Position numbers and translations under genes: made by a program. Shown piece by piece: positions 35,478 to 45,314 of a stretch of 64,000 nucleotides of DNA (position 1 is its first letter; each line of letters starts with the position of its first letter). The notes beneath the pieces were generated by a model. The model had not been told where the DNA came from and searched no databases. It saw nothing but the letters and a program-made list of their open reading frames with translations. This stretch comes from Pseudomonadales bacterium (GTDB lineage Bacteria > Pseudomonadota > Gammaproteobacteria > Pseudomonadales > UBA5862), in contig JACKOQ010000001.1 in assembly GCA_024234215.1 (NCBI GenBank), positions 479,674 to 543,673 on the forward strand. The letters are read 5' to 3'.

Positions 35478-36947
35478 TCAGCCGTTGTGGCTGCTGCTGA
35501 ACAGCAGCGGCGCGAACGCATCCATGAACAGGTAGAGGTAACCGCTGATCAGCAGGGCGCCGAGCAGGTTGATCGGCAGGCCGGTTCGCGCCATCTGCCC
35601 GATCGAGAAGTAACCGGAGCCATAGGCAATGGCATTGGCCGGCGTCGCGGTCGGCAGCATGAAGGCATAGGAGCAGGCGATGGCCGCGCTGCTCATCAGC
35701 AGTTGGGTCGGCAGGTCGAAGATCACTGCGATGGCGCCGACCAGCGGCAGGATCAGCGCGGCCGTGGAGATGTTGGAGGTGACCTCGGTCAGGGCCAGCG
35801 CGAACAGGGTGGTGATCAGCAGGATCCAGAACGGGGCGATGTCGGGCAGGTTCAGCAGTTGCCCCGCCAGCCACTCGGTCAGGCCGGTCTCCTGAAAGCC
35901 CTGGGCGATGGCGAAACCGCCGCCGAACAGCAGAATGATCTCCCACGGCAGTTGCTTGGCGCTCTTCCAGTCGAGCAGCGGCTCGCCGGGTCGACGGCCG
36001 GAGGGGATGACGAAGAGGGCGACGGCACCGGCCAGCGCGATGGTCGAATCCTGCACCCAGTCGAAAAACTCGCTCTGGTTGAGGGCGCGCACAATCCAGC
36101 CGACCACCACCAGCGCAAAGACTGCGATGAGCCGCCGCTCGGCGCGGCTGAAGTCGCCCAGATCCTGGTGCGCCTTGTGGAACAGCGCGGTGCCGCCGGG
36201 CAGGTGGTTGAAACGGGTCGGGTAGGCGATGCGGGAGAGGTAGAACCAGACACCGAACAGCATGACCAGCGCGACCGGCAGCGTCATCAGCATCCAGCCG
36301 ATCAGGCTGAGGCTCATTTCGTGCTGCTGCGCCAGAATGCCGGCCAGAATGGCGTTGGGTGGCGAGCCGACGATCGTCACTGCGCCGCCGATCGAGGCGG
36401 CATAGGCGATGCCGAGTGTCAGACTGGTGGCGAAGGCGCGCTGATCGCGGCCGCGTTCGGTGTAGGGGCTGGGCGCGCTGCCGAACTCATCGTGCAGCAG
36501 CGCCAGCGCCACCGTCAGCATCATCATTGCGGTGATGGTGGCGCTCATCCACATGCTGAGCAGCGCGGTGACCAGCATGAAACCGAGCAGAACCCGCTCC
36601 GGCGAATGCCCCATCACTGCCAGTGTGCGCAGGGCGATGCGGTGGTGCAGCCCCCACTTTTCGATCGCCAGTGCCAGCAAGAAACCGCTCAGAAAGAGGT
36701 AGATCAGGTGGTTGGCGTAGCTGGGGGTCACTTCGGAGGATTTCATCACCCCGAGCAGCGGATAGAGCAGGATCGGCAGCAGCGCGGTGATGGCGACCGG
36801 TACGGCATCGAGCAGCCACCAGATGGCCATCATCGCCACCACGGCACCGACCCGCTGCGCTTCGCTGGAGAGCCCTTCGGGCCGGGGCAGCAACAGGATC
36901 GCCAACAGCAGCAAGGGCCCCAGCCAGAGTCCGATTCGTTGCCGCAT
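35478..36947 (-). CDS. DASS/SLC13-family anion:sodium symporter
   Basis: 489 aa polytopic protein. AIWWLLDAVPVAITALLPILLYPLLGV and the repeated SNISTAALILP-type hairpin motif are present. Confidence 0.8.
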   Translation of the reverse strand: MRQRIGLWLGPLLLLAILLLPRPEGLSSEAQRVGAVVAMMAIWWLLDAVPVAITALLPILLYPLLGVMKSSEVTPSYANHLIYLFLSGFLLALAIEKWGLHHRIALRTLAVMGHSPERVLLGFMLVTALLSMWMSATITAMMMLTVALALLHDEFGSAPSPYTERGRDQRAFATSLTLGIAYAASIGGAVTIVGSPPNAILAGILAQQHEMSLSLIGWMLMTLPVALVMLFGVWFYLSRIAYPTRFNHLPGGTALFHKAHQDLGDFSRAERRLIAVFALVVVGWIVRALNQSEFFDWVQDSTIALAGAVALFVIPSGRRPGEPLLDWKSAKQLPWEIILLFGGGFAIAQGFQETGLTEWLAGQLLNLPDIAPFWILLITTLFALALTEVTSNISTAALILPLVGAIAVIFDLPTQLLMSSAAIACSYAFMLPTATPANAIAYGSGYFSIGQMARTGLPINLLGALLISGYLYLFMDAFAPLLFSSSHNG

Positions 36948-36982
36948 GGGCCATGCTCGCTCCCGGTCGATGAAGCGGGCGA

Positions 36983-38074
36983 TTATACGGTGTCGAACAC
37001 CTTCTGTAAGCGGTGCCAGAGGGCATGGATGCGGGTGGAGATGCGGTGGTCGACCGCCTCATGCTTGCGCCCCTTGGCCTGATAGAGCTGCATGTCGGCC
37101 TGCTTCAGCAGTGCCGTGCCGCTGTCGATGCCGCTCTGCTCGGTGCTGGCGACACCGCAGCTGATGCTGTAGGGGATCGACTGGCCACGGAATGGACAGG
37201 GGTGGGTGCGAAAGTAGTGGTCGAGCCGCTGTGCCACCCACTGTGCCTGCTCCTGTCGCTGTCCGGGCAGCAGCAGCACGAATTCGTCACCGGCGTAGCG
37301 AAAGGCGCAGTCGACCCGGCGGATCAGCTTCTCCAGTCCCTGGGCCAGATGGCGCAGCACGGCATCGCCGGCATCGTGGCCATGGGTGTCGTTGATCTGC
37401 TTGAAGTCGTTGCAGTCGATGAAGATGGCACACAGCGGTGCACCACTGCGCTGGGCACGGCTGATCTCCCGCTCCAGCGCCTGATCGAACTCGCGGCGGT
37501 TGTACAGGCCGGTGAGCGCATCGCGGGTCGCCAGGTATTCGAGCTGCTCGCGCGAGGCCAGGTTGGCCAGGTAGAGCGACACCTTCACCGTCAGTTGCGA
37601 CAGAAAAAAGGTGTCCATCGACGGATCCCAGCGGTTTGGTTTGCGATCGCCCTGCACCAGCGCGCCGATCAGCCGGCCTTCGAGCTGCAACGGCGTCACC
37701 GCCATCGACCGCACCATCCCTTGCAGATAGGGGGGAATCAGCCAGTTGTGCCGCTCCGCGCAGTGGCTGACCAGCCAGGCATCGGGAAAGTGGCCAGAGA
37801 GTTGCCGCAGGCCGGCTGCCGACAGCGGGACCAGGCTGCGGGTCAACTGGTCGCAGTGGGAGAGGTGGTGAATCAGCGGCGCGGTGATCGGCTCATCGAT
37901 CAGCGCCACCCAGGCCTCGGGCACGCCGAACTTCTCCTGGATCAGCGCCAGCAGCCGATCGAAGAAGTTGCGGCTGTTGTAGATCGCCAGCACCTCGCTC
38001 TCGATCTCGAAGATCTTGCGGGCGAGTGTTTCGTTGGTGCGCAGGTTGTCGAGCAGTTGATTCAGAGAGGTCAT
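36983..38074 (-). CDS. Diguanylate cyclase: GAF/DUF484-like sensor plus GGDEF domain (AGDEF variant)
   Basis: RDALTGLYNRREF...IFIDCNDFKQINDTHGHDAGD...RRVDCAFRYAGDEFVLLL. An RxxD I-site lies 5 residues before the AGDEF motif. Confidence 0.85.
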   Translation of the reverse strand: MTSLNQLLDNLRTNETLARKIFEIESEVLAIYNSRNFFDRLLALIQEKFGVPEAWVALIDEPITAPLIHHLSHCDQLTRSLVPLSAAGLRQLSGHFPDAWLVSHCAERHNWLIPPYLQGMVRSMAVTPLQLEGRLIGALVQGDRKPNRWDPSMDTFFLSQLTVKVSLYLANLASREQLEYLATRDALTGLYNRREFDQALEREISRAQRSGAPLCAIFIDCNDFKQINDTHGHDAGDAVLRHLAQGLEKLIRRVDCAFRYAGDEFVLLLPGQRQEQAQWVAQRLDHYFRTHPCPFRGQSIPYSISCGVASTEQSGIDSGTALLKQADMQLYQAKGRKHEAVDHRISTRIHALWHRLQKVFDTV

Positions 38075-38275
38075 CGATCCGGGCCGCGAAAGTGAGAACG
38101 GTTTCACACATTTTGAGTATAGACGGGGATCGGCGCTTCGCCGGCGCAGCGCGAACAAAATCGGATCAAGCGCTGCCGGGCCGGTGCGAAATCGCGCTCT
38201 AGTGAGGTAACATACTGATTTGATTGATGGTTGGGTTTGCCCGCCTTGAAGTCTCAGCAGTCAGGAGTCATCTGG

Positions 38276-39139
38276 ATGTCGTTGGTCTGTACCGAGAAAA
38301 ATTTTACCGTCTTTGGCCGCACCATTGCGGCCCGTTTCTGGCCGAATCCGCAGGGGAGGCCACTGCTGGCGCTGCATGGCTGGCTCGACAATGCCGCCAC
38401 CTTCGATCTGCTGGCGCCGCTGCTGGAGGGGTATCAGACCTGCGCGATCGACTTTGCCGGCCATGGCCGCTCCGACCACCTGCCGCCGGGGGTGCCCTAC
38501 AGCTGGTTTCTGCAGATGAACGACGCCTTTGCCGTCGCCGATCAACTGGGCTGGGCGCAGTTCACGCTGCTGGGTCACTCGATGGGAGCACACCTGGGCC
38601 TCTACATGGCGGCGGCCTTTCCCGAGCGCATCGACCGGCTGGTGCTGATCGATGCCATCGGCCATCCCGGCCTCAAGAGCGAACGCATCGTCGCTGAAAC
38701 GCGGCAGGCGCTGGAGCGGCTGCATGGGCTGGAAAACCGCACACCGCCGCTGTATGAAAATTTCGAGGCGATGCTGCTGCCGCGCATGAAGACCGTTGGC
38801 AACATCACCGAGGCGGCCGCACGCACGCTGCTCGACCGTGGTGTCACGCCCTGCAATGGCGGCTTGACCTGGAGTTCCGATTCGCGGCTGCGCTACCCCG
38901 ATCCGGCACGGTTGACCGAGGAGGAGGTGCAGGCCTTCATCCAGGCCGTCGAGGCACCGACACTGCTGATTCTGGGCGAACAGGGCTGGCCCTGGAGCAC
39001 CGACTTCATCGCGCGGCGCACCGCGGTGCACCGCAACCTGCAAAAGCTGATCCTGCCCGGTGGCCACCATCTGCACCTGGAAGATTCGGCGCCCGAAGTG
39101 GCGCAGGCCATCCTCGACTTTCTCGGCAGGGCGGCATGA
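38276..39139 (+). CDS. Alpha/beta hydrolase
   Basis: LLALHGWLDNAATFD and the nucleophile elbow LLGHSMGAH. AGGAG lies upstream of the ATG at 38276. Confidence 0.8.
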   Translation: MSLVCTEKNFTVFGRTIAARFWPNPQGRPLLALHGWLDNAATFDLLAPLLEGYQTCAIDFAGHGRSDHLPPGVPYSWFLQMNDAFAVADQLGWAQFTLLGHSMGAHLGLYMAAAFPERIDRLVLIDAIGHPGLKSERIVAETRQALERLHGLENRTPPLYENFEAMLLPRMKTVGNITEAAARTLLDRGVTPCNGGLTWSSDSRLRYPDPARLTEEEVQAFIQAVEAPTLLILGEQGWPWSTDFIARRTAVHRNLQKLILPGGHHLHLEDSAPEVAQAILDFLGRAA

Positions 39140-39378
39140 GCGGTTTTGTACTCTACTCCACCTCGGGCTGCCACCTCTGCGAACTGGCGCTGCAGAGCGC
39201 GCTGCCGCTGCTGACGCTGCGTGGCGAGATGCTGACCGAGGTGGAAATCGCCGACGATGAGGCGCTGCTGCAGCGCTATGGCACCACCATTCCGGTGCTC
39301 AGGCGTCTGGCCGATGGCGCAGAACTGGGCTGGCCGTTCGATGGCGAGCAGTTGCAGGTGTGGCTCGATCGGGTTTGA
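39136..39378 (+). CDS. Glutaredoxin-like protein (DUF836 type)
   Basis: VLYSTSGCHLCE is a CxxC motif. 80 aa. Confidence 0.75.
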   Translation: MSGFVLYSTSGCHLCELALQSALPLLTLRGEMLTEVEIADDEALLQRYGTTIPVLRRLADGAELGWPFDGEQLQVWLDRV

Positions 39379-39462
39379 GCACACAGAGGTTCATATTGCC
39401 TGCATGGCGCCGTGGCGGCATCATCCTGCTTCATGATGAGGTGAGCAGGTGAGGGCGGGCCG

Positions 39463-39768
39463 ATGAAGGTGATGATCGATCTCTGCGTGGTGCCGATCGG
39501 TGTCGGCGTCTCGGTCTCCGACCATGTGGCGGCCTGCCAGCAGATCATCGCTGCGGCTGGCCTCAGCCATCAGCTCCATCCCTATGGCACCATCATCGAA
39601 GGTGACTGGGATGAGGTCTTCGCCGTGGTGAAGCAGTGCCACCAGCGCGTCCACGCGATGGGTGCGCCGCGCATCCACACCACCTTGCGGGTCGGCACCC
39701 GCACCGACCGCGACCAGAGCATGCAGCAGAAGGTCGAAAGCGTCGAACGCAAACTGAAAAACCTGTGA
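39463..39768 (+). CDS. MTH1187/YkoF-family (DUF77) thiamine-binding-like protein
   Basis: KVMIDLCVVPIGVGVSVSDHVAACQQII...HPYGTIIEGDWDEVFAVVKQCH. Confidence 0.75.
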   Translation: MKVMIDLCVVPIGVGVSVSDHVAACQQIIAAAGLSHQLHPYGTIIEGDWDEVFAVVKQCHQRVHAMGAPRIHTTLRVGTRTDRDQSMQQKVESVERKLKNL

Positions 39769-39782
39769 CAGCGGAGTGAACC

Positions 39783-40421
39783 ATGTCCCCTGCAAACCGC
39801 AGCAAACTGGAACCGATCAGCGCCGAGCAGGCCCTGCCAGGAAGGTCGCAGACGATGCCGGTTCCGCCACTGCACACCGTGCTGAAGACCCCGTTGCAGC
39901 CGCCCTTTCCGGCGGGTTTGCAGCAGGTGCTGTTCGGCATGGGCTGCTTCTGGGGCGCCGAGCGGCTGTTCTGGCAGACGCCGGGTGTCTACGGCACGGC
40001 AGTGGGCTACGCCGGCGGCTTCACCCCCAATCCGACCTATGAGGAGGTCTGCTCCGGCCGCACCGGCCACAGCGAGGTGGTGCGGGTGCTGTTCGATCCC
40101 GAGCGGGTGAGCTATCCGCAGTTGCTGACGCTGTTCTGGGAGCGGCATGACCCCACGCAAGGAATGCGGCAGGGCAATGACCTCGGCACCCAGTACCGTT
40201 CGGCCATCTACTGCTTCAGCGATGCGCAGTTGGCCGCCACACTGGCCTCGCGCGATCAGTTCCAGCAGGCGCTGGCGGGTGCCGGCCTTGGTCGCATCAC
40301 CACCGAGATCGCGCTGGCTGGCCCCTTCTACTACGCCGAGCCCTATCATCAGCAGTACCTCGACAAGAATCCGGGCGGCTACTGCGGGCTGAAGGGCACC
40401 GGCGTCAGTTGTTCGGTGTGA
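39783..40421 (+). CDS. msrA: Peptide-methionine (S)-S-oxide reductase
   Basis: [14 protein letters not shown]...[12 protein letters not shown]...[14 protein letters not shown]. Confidence 0.92.
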   Translation: MSPANRSKLEPISAEQALPGRSQTMPVPPLHTVLKTPLQPPFPAGLQQVLFGMGCFWGAERLFWQTPGVYGTAVGYAGGFTPNPTYEEVCSGRTGHSEVVRVLFDPERVSYPQLLTLFWERHDPTQGMRQGNDLGTQYRSAIYCFSDAQLAATLASRDQFQQALAGAGLGRITTEIALAGPFYYAEPYHQQYLDKNPGGYCGLKGTGVSCSV

Positions 40422-40423
40422 GC

Positions 40424-40894
40424 GTGGTGACCGACAACCCGGAGACGCTGCTGTTCGCTTATGGCACCCTGCGGCGGGCTGCGCTGATCACCGCGCTGAT
40501 CGGGCGCCTCCCCGCTGCCGCTCGGGCCTGGCTGCCAGACCATGCCGTGGTTCGGCTGCGTGGCACGCCCTATCCTTGTCTGCGGCCACGGCGAGGTGCA
40601 GTGACGCCCGGAACGCTCTACCGTGGTCTTGCTCCCGACGAATGGCAGCGGCTTGATCGTTATGAAGGCGCCCGCTACCGTCGTCGGTCGCTGCGGGTCA
40701 CTCCGCAGGCTGGCGGTGCGGCGGTGGCCGCCGCGGTCTATCTGCTGGCGCCGGCCTGCCGTGGTCAATCCGGGCCGCCCTGGCGCTTCGAGCGGCCGGG
40801 CCGTGCCGTCCGTCCGCGCAGCAGCGCACCCTTCAGCGCCCGTTTCAGGTTTCATGGAATCGAACATGATGCAACCGCGCCGCACGCCCGTTGA
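40424..40894 (+). CDS. Gamma-glutamylcyclotransferase-like (AIG2/GGCT) protein
   Basis: LLFAYGTLRR and DRYEGARYRR motifs. The start is uncertain (GTG at 40424 or TTG at 40409). Confidence 0.6.
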   Translation: MVTDNPETLLFAYGTLRRAALITALIGRLPAAARAWLPDHAVVRLRGTPYPCLRPRRGAVTPGTLYRGLAPDEWQRLDRYEGARYRRRSLRVTPQAGGAAVAAAVYLLAPACRGQSGPPWRFERPGRAVRPRSSAPFSARFRFHGIEHDATAPHAR

Positions 40895-41141
40895 GCAACC
40901 GATCATCCTGCTCAGCGTCTACTATCCTCACCATCACGATGTGAAGGTGATCGAGTGGCTGCTCGATCATTTTCATCCGCGCAATGCCCGCATCATCGCT
41001 GCCGGGCCGATCCTGCAGGACATGACCCGCTATGCGGTGCTCCGCTTCGTCAGCGAGCTCGATGTCCGCAGGTTCAAGAACTGGGCGCGCGAGCAGAAGT
41101 ACCGGATCGTCGATCGGGATGTGCGCGGCGAGCCGCTTTGA
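40854..41141 (+). CDS. Hypothetical small protein (95 aa)
   Basis: Coding-like composition in the second half of track ORF 40623..41141. Overlaps the 3' end of the GGCT-like ORF. No recognisable motif. Confidence 0.4.
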   Translation: MESNMMQPRRTPVEQPIILLSVYYPHHHDVKVIEWLLDHFHPRNARIIAAGPILQDMTRYAVLRFVSELDVRRFKNWAREQKYRIVDRDVRGEPL

Positions 41142-41213
41142 GTGGCGCACCGTCGTCCTGGCCCCCATTTTGCTGCCGGCTGGACAGACATTTTCTCGCG
41201 GTGAGGTGACCAC

Positions 41214-42332
41214 GTGATCATTGGTGTTCCCAGAGAGATCAAGACCGAGGAGTACCGCGTCGGGCTGACGCCCCATGCCGTGCACGAGTTGGCGCTGCAT
41301 GGGCATCGGCTGCTGGTCGAGCGTGGTGCCGGACTGGGCAGCGGTTTCGGCGATGACGACTATCAGCGCGCCGGTGCCACGCTGATCGACAGCGCTGCCG
41401 AGATCTGGGCGCGTGCGGCGCTGATCGTCAAGGTCAAGGAGCCGCAGCCGGGCGAATATGGTCTGCTGCGCGCTGGGCAGCTGCTCTTCACCTACCTGCA
41501 TCTGGCGCCCGATCCGACCCTGACCCAGGCCCTGCTCGACAGCGGCGCCAGTTGCATCGCCTACGAGACCGTCACCAGTGCCGGCGGGCAACTGCCGCTG
41601 CTGACACCGATGTCGGAGGTGGCCGGCCGGCTGGCGATCCAGGCCGGCGCGCACGCTCTGGAGAAGTCGCAGGGGGGGCGGGGGCTGCTGCTGGCCGGCG
41701 TTCCCGGCGTCAAGCCGGCGAAGGTGGTGATTCTCGGCGGCGGCGTGGTCGGCAGCAGCGCAGCGCTGATCGCCCTCGGCATGGGGGCCGATGTGACGCT
41801 GCTCGACCGCTCGATCGAACGGTTGCGGCAGCTCGAACAGCAGTTTGGCGGCCGCCTCGACACCTGTTACGCCACCACCCACAACATCGAGCGCGAGGCG
41901 GTCACCGCCGATCTGATCATCGGTGCGGTGCTGATTCCGGGCGCTCGCGCACCACGACTGATCAGCCGGACGCTGCTGGGCAGCCTCAACCCCGGTGCGG
42001 TGCTGGTCGATGTCTCGATCGATCAGGGCGGTTGTTTCGAAAGCTCCCGACCGACCACCCACCGTGCGCCGACCTATGTCGAACAGGGTGTCGTCCACTA
42101 CTGCGTCGCCAACATGCCGAGCGCGGCGGCCCGCACCGCCTCGCTGGCGCTCAACAACGCCACGCTGCCCTATGTGCTCGAGCTGGCCGATGCGGGGCTG
42201 TCTGCCGCGTTGCTGCGCAGCCCCGGGTTGCGGGCGGGGCTCAATGTCCATCAGGGCCGGCTCACCTGTCAGGCGGTGGCCGAGGCGCAGGGACGCGATT
42301 ATTGTGCGGCCGACACACTGTTCGCGGCCTGA
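41214..42332 (+). CDS. ald: Alanine dehydrogenase
   Basis: IIGVPREIKTEEYRVGLTP...VVILGGGVVGSSAA...HYCVANMPS. GTG start. Confidence 0.92.
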   Translation: MIIGVPREIKTEEYRVGLTPHAVHELALHGHRLLVERGAGLGSGFGDDDYQRAGATLIDSAAEIWARAALIVKVKEPQPGEYGLLRAGQLLFTYLHLAPDPTLTQALLDSGASCIAYETVTSAGGQLPLLTPMSEVAGRLAIQAGAHALEKSQGGRGLLLAGVPGVKPAKVVILGGGVVGSSAALIALGMGADVTLLDRSIERLRQLEQQFGGRLDTCYATTHNIEREAVTADLIIGAVLIPGARAPRLISRTLLGSLNPGAVLVDVSIDQGGCFESSRPTTHRAPTYVEQGVVHYCVANMPSAAARTASLALNNATLPYVLELADAGLSAALLRSPGLRAGLNVHQGRLTCQAVAEAQGRDYCAADTLFAA

Positions 42333-42347
42333 GAAAAGGGTGATGCG

Positions 42348-43013
42348 ATGAGCAGCAGTGAGCGCCGCTGGCCACTGTGGCTGCAACCCTGGGTCACAGT
42401 CGCCCTGGTGGCCCTGCCGATCTCCAACTGGATCAAGTGTCCGCTGCTGCTGCTGTTCTGGTGGTGGAGTTTCGGCCCGACCCGGCGCAGCGAGCGCTGG
42501 CTGTTCGGGCTCTCCTGCCTGCTGTTCACGGTGATGAACCTGATGGCGCTGCGGCAGGGGATCTTCGCCTTCACTTCCCCTGACCTGCTGGGACTGCCCT
42601 GGTATGAGTTCTTCATGTGGGGCTTCTACCTGCTGCATGCCCGGCGCCTGCTCGGACCTGCCTGCTCGGCGCCGGCAACAGCGGTCTGCTGGCTGCTGAT
42701 GGGGCTCTTCGCGCTCTGTTTCACCGCGCTGAGCGACCCAACCTGGCTGCTGCTGGCCAGTGCGTCACTGCTGGCGGTGACCCGCTGGCTCGATGCCGAC
42801 CCTCTGGCCTGGCGCCATGCCGGCTATCTGCTGCTGCTGGGCGCGCTGTTCGAATATGTCGGCGTCCACAGCGGCCAGTGGCACTATCCCGGTGCCCCCT
42901 GGGGCGGGGTGCCGCTCTGGTTCGTCACGATGTGGGGCGGCATCGGTTTCTTTGCCCAGCGAGTCGCCTGGTCCCCACTGCTGCGGCTGGATGCGCGCCA
43001 GAGCGCTGGCTGA
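42348..43013 (+). CDS. Integral membrane protein, unknown function
   Basis: 221 aa with 6 or more hydrophobic, Trp-rich spans. Followed by a strong terminator. Confidence 0.55.
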   Translation: MSSSERRWPLWLQPWVTVALVALPISNWIKCPLLLLFWWWSFGPTRRSERWLFGLSCLLFTVMNLMALRQGIFAFTSPDLLGLPWYEFFMWGFYLLHARRLLGPACSAPATAVCWLLMGLFALCFTALSDPTWLLLASASLLAVTRWLDADPLAWRHAGYLLLLGALFEYVGVHSGQWHYPGAPWGGVPLWFVTMWGGIGFFAQRVAWSPLLRLDARQSAG

Positions 43014-43051
43014 CTCCCCTTCTGCGTCGCCTTGCCGGGCGGTTTCACCCG

Positions 43052-43085
43052 AAAAAAAAGCCGGATCAGATCGATCCGGCTTTTT
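43052..43085. terminator. Bidirectional Rho-independent terminator between convergent genes
   Basis: AAAAAAAA-GCCGGATC-loop-GATCCGGC-TTTTT. There is an A-run on one side and a T-run on the other. Confidence 0.75.
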
Positions 43086-43110
43086 GCGTGGGCCCTTCGG
43101 CCGTGGCCGA

Positions 43111-44292
43111 TCAGCCGCGCTCGTACAGGGTCACCACACAGGTACCGCCGATGCCGAGGTTGTGCTGGAGTGCCAGACGTGCGCCCTCGACCTGACGCCG
43201 ATCGGCGCGGCCGCGCAATTGCTGCACCAGTTCGTAGCACTGTGCCAGGCCGGTGGCTCCCAGCGGATGGCCCTTGGAGAGCAGTCCGCCGGAGGGGTTG
43301 ACGACGAACCGGCCGCCATAGGTGTTGTCATTGTCCTCGATCAGCTTTTCGGCGCCGCCTTCGGGGCAGAGACCGAGTGATTCGTAGGAGATCAGCTCGT
43401 TGGCGGTGAAGCAGTCGTGCAGTTCGACCACATCGATGTCCTGCGGATCGACACCCGAAGCTTGGTAGACCTGCTGGGCGGCCGAGCGGGCCATGTCGTA
43501 GCCGACCATCTTCATCATGCTGTCGCCGAAGCTGCTTTCGGTGTCGGTGGTGACGGCCTGGGCCTTGATGGTGACCAGATTGCCGAGGCCATGGCGGGCA
43601 GCGAATTCGGGTGAGCAGAGCACCGCCGCGCCGGCACCGCAGGTGGGTGGGCAGCACTGGTAGCGGGTCAGGGGCTCGAACACCATCGGCGCGGCCATGA
43701 TCTCTTCGAGGCTGAGCGGGGTATTGAAGAGGGCCAGCGGGTTGTTGGCGGCATGTTTGCGCGCCTTGACCGAGATCTTGGCCAGGGTTTCGGCCTTGGT
43801 GCCATATTTCTTCATGTGCTCGCGCCCGGCGCCGCCGAACATCTGTGCCGCGCCGGGCGCGTTCATGTCGACGCCCTGGAGTCTGGCCATGGTGGCGCCG
43901 TGGCGCTCGCCCGGCGAGCTGCGGTCGCCGAAGTAGCTCTTGAGGGCACCGGCGGTCATCTGCTCGAAGCCGACCACCAGCGCGCACTCGATGGCACCGT
44001 AGGCAATCGCCTGGCGCGCCACGGCCAGCGCGCTCGAACCGGTCGAGCAGTTGCTGTTGAAGTTGAAGATGGGGATGCCGGTGAGTCCGGCGCTGTAGAC
44101 CACCTTGTGGCCACAGCAGCTGTCACCGTAGACGTAGCCGGCAAAGGCCTGCTGCACTTCGCGGTAGTCGATGCCGGCATCCTTGAGGGCGTCGGCGATC
44201 GCCTTGGCACCCATGACCGAATAGTCTTCGCTGGCGCCGGGTTTGGTGAACTGGGTCATGCCGACGCCGATGACGTGGACGGGTCTGCTCAT
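43111..44292 (-). CDS. SCP-x-type thiolase / lipid-transfer protein
   Basis: VHVIGVGMTQFTKPG...NFNSNCSTGSSAL...NPSGGLLSKGHPLGATG. Start at MSRPVH (44292). Confidence 0.85.
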   Translation of the reverse strand: MSRPVHVIGVGMTQFTKPGASEDYSVMGAKAIADALKDAGIDYREVQQAFAGYVYGDSCCGHKVVYSAGLTGIPIFNFNSNCSTGSSALAVARQAIAYGAIECALVVGFEQMTAGALKSYFGDRSSPGERHGATMARLQGVDMNAPGAAQMFGGAGREHMKKYGTKAETLAKISVKARKHAANNPLALFNTPLSLEEIMAAPMVFEPLTRYQCCPPTCGAGAAVLCSPEFAARHGLGNLVTIKAQAVTTDTESSFGDSMMKMVGYDMARSAAQQVYQASGVDPQDIDVVELHDCFTANELISYESLGLCPEGGAEKLIEDNDNTYGGRFVVNPSGGLLSKGHPLGATGLAQCYELVQQLRGRADRRQVEGARLALQHNLGIGGTCVVTLYERG

Positions 44293-44561
44293 ACGGTTAC
44301 CTATCAATGGTGTGATTATTGTGAAGGGTGGATTGGTCAGGTGTCTGGTCAGGTCTGCTTGCGGATGATGGCAGGTCGTCCTGCCGGTTGGCGCAGCGCT
44401 GTACAGCCTGCATGAGGCGGATTTCCCTGACAGTGGCAATGGTCACACAGGCAGTCGGCATCGGCAAGATTGGCGGAGGTTCTGGCAAGGGCGCGGCGGT
44501 GAAGTATCATTAAAACGGCAGCGCCGGCGTGATGACCAGGCGCCCATGAGGAGAGCGGGTT

Positions 44562-45293
44562 TTGAAGGTGTGGCGAGAAAGCAGATTGTCTGGCAGAGCA
44601 GTGCGCCGTTTCATGATGATGGCGCTGCTGTTTGTGCCGCCCGCCTGGAGTGGCGAGCAGCAGCACGACAACCCCGATCCATGGGAGGGGTTCAACCGCA
44701 AGGTGTTCGTCTTCAACGACACCTTCGATCGTTATCTGCTCAAGCCACTGGCGCGCGGTTACATGGTGGTGATGCCCGACTGGGCCGACCGCGGGCTCTA
44801 CAACTTCTTTGGCAACCTGAGCGAGCCCCGGGTGATCGTCAACGGCTTGCTGCAGGGCAAGTTCAAACAGGCTGGCGGCGATGGGCTGCGCTTCGTGCTC
44901 AACTCGACCGTGGGCCTGCTGGGCTTCATCGATGTGGCATCGCGGTTCGATCTGCGCAAGCATGACGAGGATTTCGGCCAGAGCCTCGGCGTCTGGGGTC
45001 TCTCCAGCGGGCCCTATCTGGTGCTGCCGCTGCTGGGGCCGAGCACGGTGCGCGACGGTGTCGGGCTGGCGCCGGACTTCATGCTCGATCCGATCGCCCG
45101 GATCGACGAGGATGAGACCCGTTACGCAGTGATCGGCTTCAAGGCGGTGATCGTTCGGGCGCACCTGCTGTCGAGCGAAAAGCTGATCAGTGGCGACCGC
45201 TACCTGTTCATCCGCGATGTCTATCTGCAGAACCGTGAATTTCTGATCAAGGGGCAGACCAGGGATCCCTTTCTGGACGAGAGCGACGAATAG
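44562..45293 (+). CDS. mlaA: MlaA/VacJ family outer-membrane lipoprotein
   Basis: DPWEGFNRKVFVFNDTFDRYLLKPLARGY...NSTVGLLGFIDVA. Confidence 0.88.
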   Translation: MKVWRESRLSGRAVRRFMMMALLFVPPAWSGEQQHDNPDPWEGFNRKVFVFNDTFDRYLLKPLARGYMVVMPDWADRGLYNFFGNLSEPRVIVNGLLQGKFKQAGGDGLRFVLNSTVGLLGFIDVASRFDLRKHDEDFGQSLGVWGLSSGPYLVLPLLGPSTVRDGVGLAPDFMLDPIARIDEDETRYAVIGFKAVIVRAHLLSSEKLISGDRYLFIRDVYLQNREFLIKGQTRDPFLDESDE

Positions 45294-45314
45294 TCCGCCG
45301 ACCGTCGGCGTCGC

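Noticed and set aside
39379-39462. A possible TPP riboswitch upstream of the YkoF/MTH1187-like thiamine-binding protein gene.
   Set aside because: The 84-nt leader lacks the conserved CTGAGA and ACCTGATCTGGATAATGCCAGCG-type elements, and it is too short.
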